DNA of 14,543 nucleotides from Candidatus Bathyarchaeota archaeon (GCA_963772455.1 CAVYXJ010000003.1:1-14543); one strand, 5' to 3'; shown: positions 1 through 8,207, numbered from the stretch's first letter. Numbers and translations: made by a program. The notes: generated by a model from the letters alone, not told the origin.

Positions 1-252
1 CAGACGCTCTTAGCTGACAAGGCAAAAGCATCTGACTGCATCAACGAAACCTGCAGCCTGTTTCTACAAGGTAAAATCAAAAAGGGCGTTTCTAACGTGA
101 CAAACGACCAATACAAAGCAAGTCTAGAACACTACCTCCAAAAAGTAAGCGGCGCCATCTCCAAGTTTCTAAATGAACACAGCATAACATTTGACGTCAC
201 TAAAGGTCAAGTCATAATAGCGCCGTCTGGAAATTCATCCAAGAAAGGATAG
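1..252 (+). CDS. 3' end of a hypothetical protein, truncated by the window edge
   Basis: Frame 1 is open from base 1 to TAG at 250-252 (QTLLADKAKASDCINETCSLFLQGKIKKGVS...APSGNSSKKG*), 83 codons without a stop. No recognisable family. Confidence 0.6.
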   Translation, partial: QTLLADKAKASDCINETCSLFLQGKIKKGVSNVTNDQYKASLEHYLQKVSGAISKFLNEHSITFDVTKGQVIIAPSGNSSKKG

Positions 253-312
253 AGAAATCCAGAAATTCCCAGTATTCAATAATAGTTATTTTCCTCGAAA
301 GAGCTGAAGAAT

Positions 313-1626
313 ATGAAAAGCTTCCACTTTTTATTTACATTTATTCTTATTTTATTCATCATATTTGGTTCACCTCTAAATGTTTACGCTCAGCAACCCA
401 CAGGAACGCTCCAGCCTATTTGGAACATTACTCATGGAAGCTCCAGATCTGACGAAGGATGGAGCGTAACAACTGATAATGAGGGTAACGTGTACTTCAC
501 GGGTTTCGACCGAGTAAAGAGCCCCATCGCAGACGCGTTTGTAATAAAACTGGATCCAAACGGTGTTGAACTATGGAATACAACTTGGGATGGAGGATTC
601 GATGATAAGCCATATGTAATAACAGAAAGCAATGGGTTTGTGTATGTGGGAGGAGCCAAATTTCTGAGTTTCTCCCCGACAGCAACCGACATATTTATTT
701 TGAAACTAGATGCCTCAAATGGAAATCTTGTGTGGAGTCGCACATGGGACGGCAGTGGACACGGTTACGATGAAGTAGACGGTCTGAAAGTTGACGGAGA
801 ACAGCATTTACGTATCCGGATGGGCAACAGGAGAGACTACTCAAACTGACATAGTAGTTTTAAAATACAATTTAAACGGTGATCAGATTTGGAGCAAAAC
901 ATGGGGCACAAACGGCGTAGATGAAGCTAATGGGCAACTTGGTTTTGACAACAGCTACATTTACGTTGTTGGTCACTACAATGCTCTTCCATTAGGTTTA
1001 GGCGGAGATGCGGTTCTTGTCGCTTTCAACAAGGCAGACGGTGCCTACGCTTGGAACACTACCTGGGGAGGGTTAGGGTTAGACGACGCTTTCGGCATGA
1101 CTATGAGCAATAATTACATCTACTCGGTAGGATTAACCACAAGTTTTAACGGAGACGAGATTTTTCTTTTAAAATACGATACGATGGGCTACTTGTCTGG
1201 AACGCAACTTGGGGAGGCAGCAGAGCTGAAGTTGCTCGAGCAGTTGACATTAACTCGGATGGCTCGTCAATTTACGTTGCAGGAAACACCCAAAGCTTCG
1301 GCAGCGGTAACTTCGATGTAGTCTTGCTAAGATATAACCAACAAGGTGCCTTGACGCTTGCCAAAACTTGGGGAGGACCTGCTTTGGAGCAAGCACATGG
1401 CATCGCTGTTCGCGACTCATTTATTTACATTGTAGGCGAAACTGCAAGCTTTGGCGTCGGACTTGAAGATGCATTTCTTCTGAAAATTGATGCGGACGGA
1501 GGTAATACGATACCCGAGTTCGGTTCAATTATTACCTTAACGTTGTTAGTGATGTTAACAACTGTCTTCATATTAGGAAAAAGTGTGCACAAAGGTATCC
1601 TCAAATGGTTATCGCTTGCGTTTTGA
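313..1626 (+). CDS. Secreted beta-propeller (SBBP-like repeat) surface protein with PEF(G)-CTERM anchor, about 437 aa; two compensating frameshifts
   Basis: N-terminal signal peptide (MKSFHFLFTFILILF...VYA|Q). Repeated blades of the type D-x-F/V-x-x-K-x-D-x-x-G-x-x-x-W-x-x-T-W-G/D-G...D...IYV-x-G. ORFs 313-849, 791-1321 and 1324-1626 join with a +1 near 800 (GGA GAC AGC ATT TAC) and a -1 near 1183, which restores DGLLVWNATWGGSRAEVARAVDINSDGSSIYVAG. Ends IPEFG + TM helix + basic residues. Confidence 0.85.
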
Positions 1627-1766
1627 CGCTCGGCTTTGGAAGGCTTGGCAGGCTGAAAGAACTGTTTTAGAAGGCATATACTCTGTGGAGTAATTTGTCT
1701 TGACTTACCGATAAGTTGGCGTAAAGAATATTAATTTTTAGATCATTAATTATTATTGGTGATTTT

Positions 1767-2162
1767 TTGAGAATTAAGTTAACCAGTGTGTATGTTGATG
1801 ATCAGGAAAAAGCTCTAAAATTTTATACTGAGATGCTTGGTTTTATAAAAAAGGCAGATATATCAGCCGGGGGATATAGGTGGTTGACTGTTGTTTCACC
1901 TGAAGACCAAAATGGTACTGAGTTGGTTCTTGAGCCAAACGAAAATCCAGCTGCAAAGGCATATCAGCAAGCTCTTTTCAAGCAGAATATTCGCGCTGCA
2001 GCATTCTTTGTGGATGATGTCCAAAAAGAGTATGAACGACTAAAAAAGCTGGGCGTAAACTTTACCATGCAGCCAACAAAGCTTATGGGTACGCCTTCGA
2101 CTATCGCAGTATTGGACGACACCTGTGGCAATCTAATACAAATCACACATATCCAAACATAA
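1767..2162 (+). CDS. VOC (glyoxalase/bleomycin resistance) family protein
   Basis: Typical motifs SVYVDDQEKALKFYTEMLGF, RWLTVVSP, ELVLEP, FFVDDVQKEYERLK and DDTCGNLIQI. GGTGA RBS just upstream of the TTG start. Confidence 0.92.
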   Translation: MRIKLTSVYVDDQEKALKFYTEMLGFIKKADISAGGYRWLTVVSPEDQNGTELVLEPNENPAAKAYQQALFKQNIRAAAFFVDDVQKEYERLKKLGVNFTMQPTKLMGTPSTIAVLDDTCGNLIQITHIQT

Positions 2163-2211
2163 TATCTAAAATAAAAAAAGAGTTTTTAGAATTTTTGTTT
2201 TCTTGTGTTTG

Positions 2212-2712
2212 TCAAAATGCCTTAACTAAATCGTTTTTCCCTTTCTTTGCTACTAAACCAACTGTGCAAGTTGCGACTGCTATCATAGTCACAATTAAAG
2301 CTAGCGATGTGTTGCTGAATTCTGGCACTGTCGGGCTCGGGGACGTTACAGACGGAGCTTTAACGTACACGTTTCCTGTATCGGCTGCTGTGAAACCGTT
2401 ATTTGTGATTCTGAATTCAAAGAATTGACGTCCGCTTACTGTTGTATATGAGACTTCGAAGGCTGTTGCATTGACTATGTGCCATATGCCCTCATGTGTG
2501 TCAAATAGTGCTGTGCCATCCTCATAAAGAGTTATTATGGATCCTGTTGAGGTGTTTGAATAAATGCCCGCCATACTTGACAGAGTCGGGTATTCACTTG
2601 CGCTACTTAAGCAACAAAATGAAGCTGCGCCAACAATAATAACGATTAAAGCAACTGCAATTAATCCAACATTAAGCCTCTTCTTTTTTGGAACTAAATC
2701 TAGTTTACTCAT
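2212..2712 (-). CDS. Small membrane-anchored surface protein with PEF-CTERM-like sorting signal
   Basis: Basic patch plus hydrophobic N-terminal helix, a short beta-rich domain (GIYSNTSTGSIITLYEDGTA...GIWHIVN), a Ser/Pro/Thr linker, then VPEF + TM helix + KKGK. Confidence 0.8.
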   Translation of the reverse strand: MSKLDLVPKKKRLNVGLIAVALIVIIVGAASFCCLSSASEYPTLSSMAGIYSNTSTGSIITLYEDGTALFDTHEGIWHIVNATAFEVSYTTVSGRQFFEFRITNNGFTAADTGNVYVKAPSVTSPSPTVPEFSNTSLALIVTMIAVATCTVGLVAKKGKNDLVKAF

Positions 2713-2974
2713 TTCTTATCCCTTTAATTTATCCTCGTTGCAATGAACTGCTTAAAAGGTTTGGGATTAATCATCGTATGCGGAGGTTCTTAATTGAAAA
2801 TTTGAACTCTAAGCGTTTATCTTAAAAGACTTATGAATCAATATTCCAAACTTTCACGTCAGCAGCTTTGCCAACATAAACGATTCTTGAAGATATGATT
2901 TCCTAAAGTTTATTTTTGAATAAGCAAAACAAACATGCGCTCACTCGCCACTCTCAAGTCTGGAGTGTTACTAA

Positions 2975-2990
2975 ACGTATATATTTAATG
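2975..2990 (+). promoter_or_regulatory. Putative archaeal TATA box for the 3021-4760 operon
   Basis: TATATATTTAA at about 2978-2988, roughly 35-40 nt upstream of ATG 3021. Based on position and composition only. Confidence 0.4.
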
Positions 2991-3020
2991 ATCAACATTA
3001 CTTAATACAGGTCGATTTTT

Positions 3021-3374
3021 ATGAGTGAAGAAAAAAACTTAAGATATATGCTTCTCTGTGCAACCAAAGACCGAGCATTTAGACTAAAATTCCTAAGCAA
3101 CCCAGAAGCTGTAGCAAAAGAATACAACGTAAAACTCAAGCCAGAACATCTTGAAAAAATAAAGAAAGCTGGCGCATTTATTGATTCCTTGAACGATGTT
3201 AGACTACCTCCAGGACCAATCTTCTACCCCATTGACCCCATTTTAAACACATGGACACTCGGAGAAATCAGGAACGTACTAAGGTACAGTTACCTGACAA
3301 AGATAAACTGGATTCTATATTCTGCCCCAGACTTTAACCAAGTGGGCGCAATTCTCAAAGAAAAGCAAAAATAA
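3021..3374 (+). CDS. NHLP/Os1348-clan-like protein; putative substrate (precursor) of the downstream radical SAM
   Basis: N-terminal ATKDRAFRLKFLSNPEAVAKEYNVKL matches the A-x-x-D-x-x-F-R-x-x-L/F-L-x-N/D-P-x-x-x-x-x-E-Y pattern of nitrile-hydratase-like leader domains. The C-terminal half is Pro/aromatic-rich. It lies 48 nt upstream of an rSAM/SPASM gene. Confidence 0.7.
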   Translation: MSEEKNLRYMLLCATKDRAFRLKFLSNPEAVAKEYNVKLKPEHLEKIKKAGAFIDSLNDVRLPPGPIFYPIDPILNTWTLGEIRNVLRYSYLTKINWILYSAPDFNQVGAILKEKQK

Positions 3375-3397
3375 GGCTAATAACCTTATTTTTTTTT
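3367..3397 (+). terminator. Hairpin + T9 tract between the precursor and radical SAM genes (leaky terminator/attenuator)
   Basis: AAAAATAAGG (3367-3376), 7-nt loop, CCTTATTTTT (3384-3393); the T-run spans 3389-3397. Confidence 0.55.
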
Positions 3398-3422
3398 ATT
3401 ACTCAATCTAAAAGGTATTCCT

Positions 3423-4760
3423 TTGGTTAATCTTTTATTAACGATGCGCTGTAACCGCGCTTGTAGTTATTGTTTCGCAAAAGAAAAACTCCATTCTTAC
3501 AAAGACAAAAATGCTCCAACAGAAATCAGCATTGAAAATGTAGAAAAGGCTCTGGCATTTCTCTCCAAAACCCACTGCGACGCAATTCAACTCGCAGGTG
3601 GCGAACCCACGATTCACTCCAAATTCACAGAGATAATGACGCTTCTACTCAAAAATAACCTCAGAGTAAACCTCTTAACCAACGCACTTTGGAACCCAGA
3701 ATTAAATGCTTTTTTTGACAAAATATCTCCAGTTTCCCTTGGCTTTCTATTAAACATAGACCACCCCAAAACATACAAAAACTCAGAAAAAGAAAGACTA
3801 GAAGAAAACCTTGCGTTTCTTAGCAAACGAGGAAATATAACATTAAGCTTCAATTTATTCGAAAAAAAACCCGATTATGACTACATCTTTGAGCTTGTAA
3901 CAAAGTATGGTTTCAAGAATCTTCGCCTAAGTTTTTCGATGCCTGTTAGCGTTGAAGGAAAAACAAACACTCACTTACCCATAGAAGAGTATAAACAAGC
4001 TGCCAAATACGTGATGGATTTCACTCATAGGGCTGAACAGTTAGGCGCTACGGTTGGACTAGACAACGCTGTGCCCATATGCATGTTCACGCCTCAAGAA
4101 TTATCAGAACTCATGATCAAACAGGTTGTTTCACCTCAACGCAACTTTGTCTGCAACCCAGCTATCGATATAGGTCCTGACCTCTCCGTTTGGAGATGCT
4201 TTGGAACATCTAAGCTATTCAACAAAAAACTCGACGACTTTGACTCCTTGGGCGAAATCCTGGAATATTACCAACGAATGAGTAGGCTATATCAATTCAA
4301 ATTTTATCCCCTAAAAGAATGCGAGACTTGTGAACATGCAAAAAAAGAGCGGTGCCAAGGGGGCTGCATAGGGTTTGCACAAGCAAAATGTGAAGAATTG
4401 AACCTTTGTGTCTCTGAAATTCAAGATAAAGAACTACTGCAACTAAAACCCAAGCTGTCTAGTAAAGTCTCTCTTCAAAGATACAATCTACCAGTCGACG
4501 TTGCAACAATCAACTTCCATGATGGCTTCGAAATGGAGATTCCCCCAGACATGGTAGAGTTGATAGCGCTCCTAGATGGAAGAACCACCATTCTGGAGGC
4601 GTTGACCGCAAGAATTTCGGGGGCTTCCCAACCTCAAGAACCAGATGAGATTAATGAACTTCTAATGGAGATTTCCGCTAAAGAGATAATGCCTACTATA
4701 AGACGGCTTTTAGATAGAAAAGCACTTTGCTGCAATTCGCCAAATAAAAAGCAAAGATAG
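3423..4760 (+). CDS. Radical SAM/SPASM-domain maturase-like enzyme with C-terminal PqqD/RRE-like domain
   Basis: CNRACSYC (CX3CX2C at C10/C14/C17), GGEPTIH and LLTNA. SPASM cysteines FVCNPAIDIGPDLSVWRCFG...CETC-X7-CQGGC. The last ~100 aa have beta-strands followed by LIALLDGRTTILEAL...IMPTIRRLLDRKAL, a winged-helix/RRE-like pattern. Confidence 0.9.
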   Translation: MVNLLLTMRCNRACSYCFAKEKLHSYKDKNAPTEISIENVEKALAFLSKTHCDAIQLAGGEPTIHSKFTEIMTLLLKNNLRVNLLTNALWNPELNAFFDKISPVSLGFLLNIDHPKTYKNSEKERLEENLAFLSKRGNITLSFNLFEKKPDYDYIFELVTKYGFKNLRLSFSMPVSVEGKTNTHLPIEEYKQAAKYVMDFTHRAEQLGATVGLDNAVPICMFTPQELSELMIKQVVSPQRNFVCNPAIDIGPDLSVWRCFGTSKLFNKKLDDFDSLGEILEYYQRMSRLYQFKFYPLKECETCEHAKKERCQGGCIGFAQAKCEELNLCVSEIQDKELLQLKPKLSSKVSLQRYNLPVDVATINFHDGFEMEIPPDMVELIALLDGRTTILEALTARISGASQPQEPDEINELLMEISAKEIMPTIRRLLDRKALCCNSPNKKQR

Positions 4761-5032
4761 AAATCAAGCTCAGCACTATATTACACATGAGTAGTTCTTG
4801 GTGATTAAACGTAGATTTTTTGATTCCCCAAATTGTGGGGGCTGCATCTATAAAAGCAGTAGTTATTGTTGGGGTCAATGTTCTCTTAACATCTGGAAAA
4901 AAGACAGAGAATATTAGTGCTATTTGGAACTGTATTTGAAGTTACAATTAAAGAAGACCCTCTGGATTTTAATTTTTAACTTAACCTTCTGAGTGCAAAA
5001 AAGTTGTAAAAAAAACATTCTATCTCATAAAT

Positions 5033-5047
5033 GAAAAACCTTAAAAC
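5033..5047 (+). promoter_or_regulatory. Putative BRE/TATA promoter for the 5073 ORF
   Basis: GAAAAACCTTAAAAC ends about 26 nt before ATG 5073, which fits a leaderless archaeal transcript. Confidence 0.45.
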
Positions 5048-5072
5048 TTCATGGCATATAATGTATTGAGCT

Positions 5073-5264
5073 ATGGAATTAAATAGTATAATAAAGTACA
5101 TAATCACAATAGGTTACATTGTTCTTGCTGTTCTATTCGCTGCAATTGCATCTAGAGGCTTCATGAGTGACCTTCTTGTTGGATTAACAATAGCTGTTGT
5201 AGTTTTCATAGTTGTCATACTTGCTGGTTATTTCATTGTTGAAAAATTATTAAAATTAGATTAA
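5073..5264 (+). CDS. Small two-TM membrane protein, unknown function
   Basis: 63 aa with two clear hydrophobic helices, ATG start and an upstream TATA-like element. Confidence 0.7.
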   Translation: MELNSIIKYIITIGYIVLAVLFAAIASRGFMSDLLVGLTIAVVVFIVVILAGYFIVEKLLKLD

Positions 5265-5472
5265 TTTCTTAGATTTTCACTATTTATTTGAAGCAAGTTT
5301 AGGGCTCCCAAACACATGCTTCACGCAGCAAAAATCTATCGAAGACTAAGAGGACTATTTTTTGACGGCGAAAGTATCTAAGATCTGATCTTGGCTTATC
5401 ATTCTTGATATAATCTGAGAGTTGAAACACGCCTTATATTTTCTTTAATAACTAGTGTTTAGGTGCTTGGAG

Positions 5473-5622
5473 TTGGAAGAAATGCAAATAGTCAATTCTG
5501 TTTCCAAGTCATGTGTTAATTGTGGCATTTGTAATCTTTCTTACTTGGTTTGTGACTTCAATAGGCATGTGGTTTCTTGGGGAACATGCATCCATTGGGT
5601 ACCGCGTAGAAATAATGTGTAG
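5473..5622 (+). CDS. Small Cys-rich putative metal-binding protein (46-49 aa), not in the ORF track
   Basis: TTG 5473 or ATG 5482 to TAG 5620-5622: MQIVNSVSKSCVNCGICNLSYLVCDFNRHVVSWGTCIHWVPRRNNV. AGGTG RBS at 5461-5465 and CTTATATT TATA-like element at 5433-5440. Confidence 0.55.
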   Translation: MEEMQIVNSVSKSCVNCGICNLSYLVCDFNRHVVSWGTCIHWVPRRNNV

Positions 5623-5810
5623 GTCCAAAACCGTTCAAAGCAGTCTCCCTCTAACTTAATATGTAGACTGACCAGGCAACCGCTAATTAGGATGAATTAT
5701 GCTGGTTGCAGTGATGGTATTTTTGCATGTTTTTCTAAGGTTTGACGTGATGTACTGTTTCTGCAAACAAAAGTTTAATTATTTTCTCCTAAGCGATGCT
5801 GCTTCATTGG

Positions 5811-6329
5811 TCAGACTTCTATTTTGTCTAATAATTCCATAATCTTTGCGTAGCTTTCAACGCTGCATCGCCAACCAGCAGAAACCATATCGTTTACTGC
5901 TATCTTAGCCTGCTCTTTTGAGATGATCTCTTCAAAAACAGCCCTAGCCAAAATATACGGTGTACCAACATAATTGATTCCGTATACATTCGCTGTCTTT
6001 CTAGCTACTTCATCATCAATAACTGCCAGTGCATCATATTCTTTGGCGAGAGCTAAAACCTGAGCATCCGCAACATGAAGCCCACGAGTCAATGATAATT
6101 GAGAAAGAAACGCCTTATCTTTGGGTTCACACAACTTGAAAACGCCCTTGTCAAACAATTTCTCCAGGGCAATTGCGTCTGGAACACCTTTGAGTTTGCC
6201 TTTATCTACAACTTCTTGCTTAACTAACGGAGACGTCAACTTTTCTGCTCTTAAATTCTCAATAATTTTGCACAGTCCAGCTTTCGAAAGATAGATCAAA
6301 GGTGTAGAATTGAAAACTAGAGTTTTCAT
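5811..6329 (-). CDS. PIN-domain protein of DUF3368/COG2405 type; putative toxin
   Basis: Motifs LVFNSTPLIYL, PLVKQEVV, GLHVADAQVLALAKE, AVIDDEVARKTA and VGTPYIL. 4-nt ATGA overlap with the upstream antitoxin. Confidence 0.88.
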   Translation of the reverse strand: MKTLVFNSTPLIYLSKAGLCKIIENLRAEKLTSPLVKQEVVDKGKLKGVPDAIALEKLFDKGVFKLCEPKDKAFLSQLSLTRGLHVADAQVLALAKEYDALAVIDDEVARKTANVYGINYVGTPYILARAVFEEIISKEQAKIAVNDMVSAGWRCSVESYAKIMELLDKIEV

Positions 6330-6646
6330 TTATGGTTAACCACTGAAGCATTGGTGAAGTCTTTGGTTACCTCTTCGGGGGTGTATCTGACCCATTCAAT
6401 GTTGTGTTGCTTGGCCAAATCGGCAAACTCCCAAAGAGAGAGTTTTGCAATATCTGCTGCTTGTGCGAAAGTTGTTTTTCCTTTCTGTAGAAGCTCTAGA
6501 GCCGTTTGTTTTCTCCACTCAGTGATGCCTGTTTCGAGAAGATTTCTGACGACCGTTGCTTTGTCTATTTTTTCTGTTTTTGTGATTTCGAGGATTTCTC
6601 TTTCTAATTCAGCTGGAACTCTGACGGCTAAGGGTTTGAGGGTCAA
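6326..6646 (-). CDS. UPF0175/COG2886-like antitoxin with N-terminal RHH
   Basis: RHH-like LAVRVPAELEREI...DKATVVRNLL followed by HTH-like GKTTFAQAADIAKLSLWEF. Start moved to TTG 6646, behind a GGTGA RBS; AAAAAGTTTATG promoter-like sequence at about 6682-6693 on the minus strand. Confidence 0.85.
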   Translation of the reverse strand: MTLKPLAVRVPAELEREILEITKTEKIDKATVVRNLLETGITEWRKQTALELLQKGKTTFAQAADIAKLSLWEFADLAKQHNIEWVRYTPEEVTKDFTNASVVNHK

Positions 6647-6723
6647 CACAATCACCGTATACAATAGGTGTCGTTTGCATACATAAACTTTTTCTGCTAA
6701 CCACTAAATAATTTAGGATTTCA

Positions 6724-7602
6724 TCATTCAAATAAGTGTAGATAATTCCAAAATTGTCTTACTCTAATAAAAAAGCTATCCTTAGAGATAAAATCACTTG
6801 GTCTAAAGTAATCTATAGTGTTTGGATAGGACTTATCAAGTGTTCTCGCATTCTGTTCTGCAAAACCTATTGTCTCAATTGCCATGTTTTTGCTCGCCAA
6901 TAGTTGTTGTATCTGTTCCTCCGGCAGTTTTGCGTACGCTAAAAAACTCTCTACTGAGCGAGTAAAACAGAGTGCGTTTAGGATTTCTGTAGTTATAATG
7001 GCCAGGCAATGTTTGGCTGGTTTTGTCGCCCTAATTTCAGCAAACAATCGGCTTAATTGGGCTTTTAAGCTTGGACCGTAATATTTAGATTTGAATTGAA
7101 TCCATTTTTCTACATCAAAAAATAACAAGAGTTTGTTAACGCAATAATGATTATAATGGATATCTAGTTGCTCAGAAATTTTAGATGAGAAATGGCAATC
7201 AACATATCTACTATAATCGTTACAGAAACTAAGAAATTGGCTGCTTTGAGTAAAATCATCTGCAGCATAATCTAGCAGATGACAAAACTCTTCTAAGATA
7301 ATAAACTCGCAATTCTCCAATGTTTTATTCATCAAATCATCCGTGTTAATCGCTATGGCACACTTTTTTTGTTTGGAGGCATATGCATAAGCTTGAAGCG
7401 GTAACTTGCCTTGGAAGTTTCCACCGATTGCTTGAATGATTTGTTTCTGAAAAACTTCAAGTACGGAAGTATTAGCGAAAAATAGAACTCTTAAAGCATT
7501 GTAATCTTTAGCTACTTCTGTTTTCGCAATCAATGTGTCGCAAATTATTTTGTAACGGCTAACATCATTTCGTGTAATTGTAATATACAGAGTTTCCATC
7601 AT
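6724..7602 (-). CDS. Hypothetical protein (about 292 aa) with a zincin-like EExxH motif
   Basis: Long intact ORF with likely start ATG 7602 or 7599. Contains CAIAIN...FIILEEFCHLLD. No confident family. Confidence 0.7.
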   Translation of the reverse strand: MMETLYITITRNDVSRYKIICDTLIAKTEVAKDYNALRVLFFANTSVLEVFQKQIIQAIGGNFQGKLPLQAYAYASKQKKCAIAINTDDLMNKTLENCEFIILEEFCHLLDYAADDFTQSSQFLSFCNDYSRYVDCHFSSKISEQLDIHYNHYCVNKLLLFFDVEKWIQFKSKYYGPSLKAQLSRLFAEIRATKPAKHCLAIITTEILNALCFTRSVESFLAYAKLPEEQIQQLLASKNMAIETIGFAEQNARTLDKSYPNTIDYFRPSDFISKDSFFIRVRQFWNYLHLFE

Positions 7603-7787
7603 ATCACATGCTTGAGTTAAGATCGACAAGTGTTTGTGATAGTTATCATTCTCGATTTATATTATCTTTGAATGTCAATGACATAAGTGATTTGTAACGT
7701 TCTTATTCGAGAATACTCTAAAGAAACTAAACTTATACTAAGTAACGTGTTAACCTGTAAACTTCAAATAAGGTTCGCCCAACAGGT

Positions 7788-8207
7788 TTAGGTGAGGCTG
7801 TCGAAAAATTCTCTTGCTGTTACTATTTTGGTTTTTTTGTATTTGCCGAGGTTTAGGAGGTGCTTATCGCCTGACACAATTATGTCTGCTTGGGCTGCTT
7901 GAGCGCATTCTAGTATTTTATTGTCTTGGGCGTCTTCATCTATGATGTGCAACTTTATGTTGGGCTCGACTAGTCGGGAGTTGAGTTGGATGGTTCGTAA
8001 AACGTCTCTTTTGTTTGTGTTTGCTTCTTTTAGGATTTGGGCGATTTTTGGGTACTGGAGGACTTTTGATGCTTCAAGGGCTATGTCTTTGCTGATGTAA
8101 ACGGTCAGGTTCTGTTTTGTTCGTAGAAATTCGTCTTTGAGGATTTTTCTCATCGATATGGATATCCAAATGTTGGTGTCAAAGACTACTTTGATTTTCT
8201 TGCCCAC
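7788..8207 (-). CDS. PIN-family putative toxin (COG1569/TIGR00305-like)
   Basis: KVVFDTNIWIS, ISKDIALE, DEDAQDNKILECA, ADIIVSGDKHLLNL and IVTAREF, the canonical acidic PIN residues. Confidence 0.92.
   Translation of the reverse strand: MGKKIKVVFDTNIWISISMRKILKDEFLRTKQNLTVYISKDIALEASKVLQYPKIAQILKEANTNKRDVLRTIQLNSRLVEPNIKLHIIDEDAQDNKILECAQAAQADIIVSGDKHLLNLGKYKKTKIVTAREFFDSLT

Noticed and set aside
432-743. Antisense ORFs 432-743 and 497-685
   Set aside because: They are shadows of the beta-propeller gene and have no motifs.
1583-1693. Short + frame reading ...NGYRLRFDARLWKAWQAERTVLEGIYSVE*, protein-like in composition
   Set aside because: It overlaps the end of the propeller gene, has no clear RBS or promoter and matches no family I recognise. 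It could be a gene remnant, but I cannot support that.
1964-2746. ORFs 1964-2146(-), 2195-2428(+) and 2564-2746(+)
   Set aside because: They are antisense shadows of the VOC and PEF-CTERM genes.
3614-4878. Minus-strand ORFs 3614-3853 and 4696-4878
   Set aside because: The first lies wholly inside the rSAM gene. The second overlaps its 3' end and has a TTG start with no RBS or motif.
6306-6315. Asn in place of the first PIN Asp (VFNST) in the DUF3368-type protein
   Set aside because: Asn at this position is common in this subfamily, so it is not evidence of novelty or inactivation.
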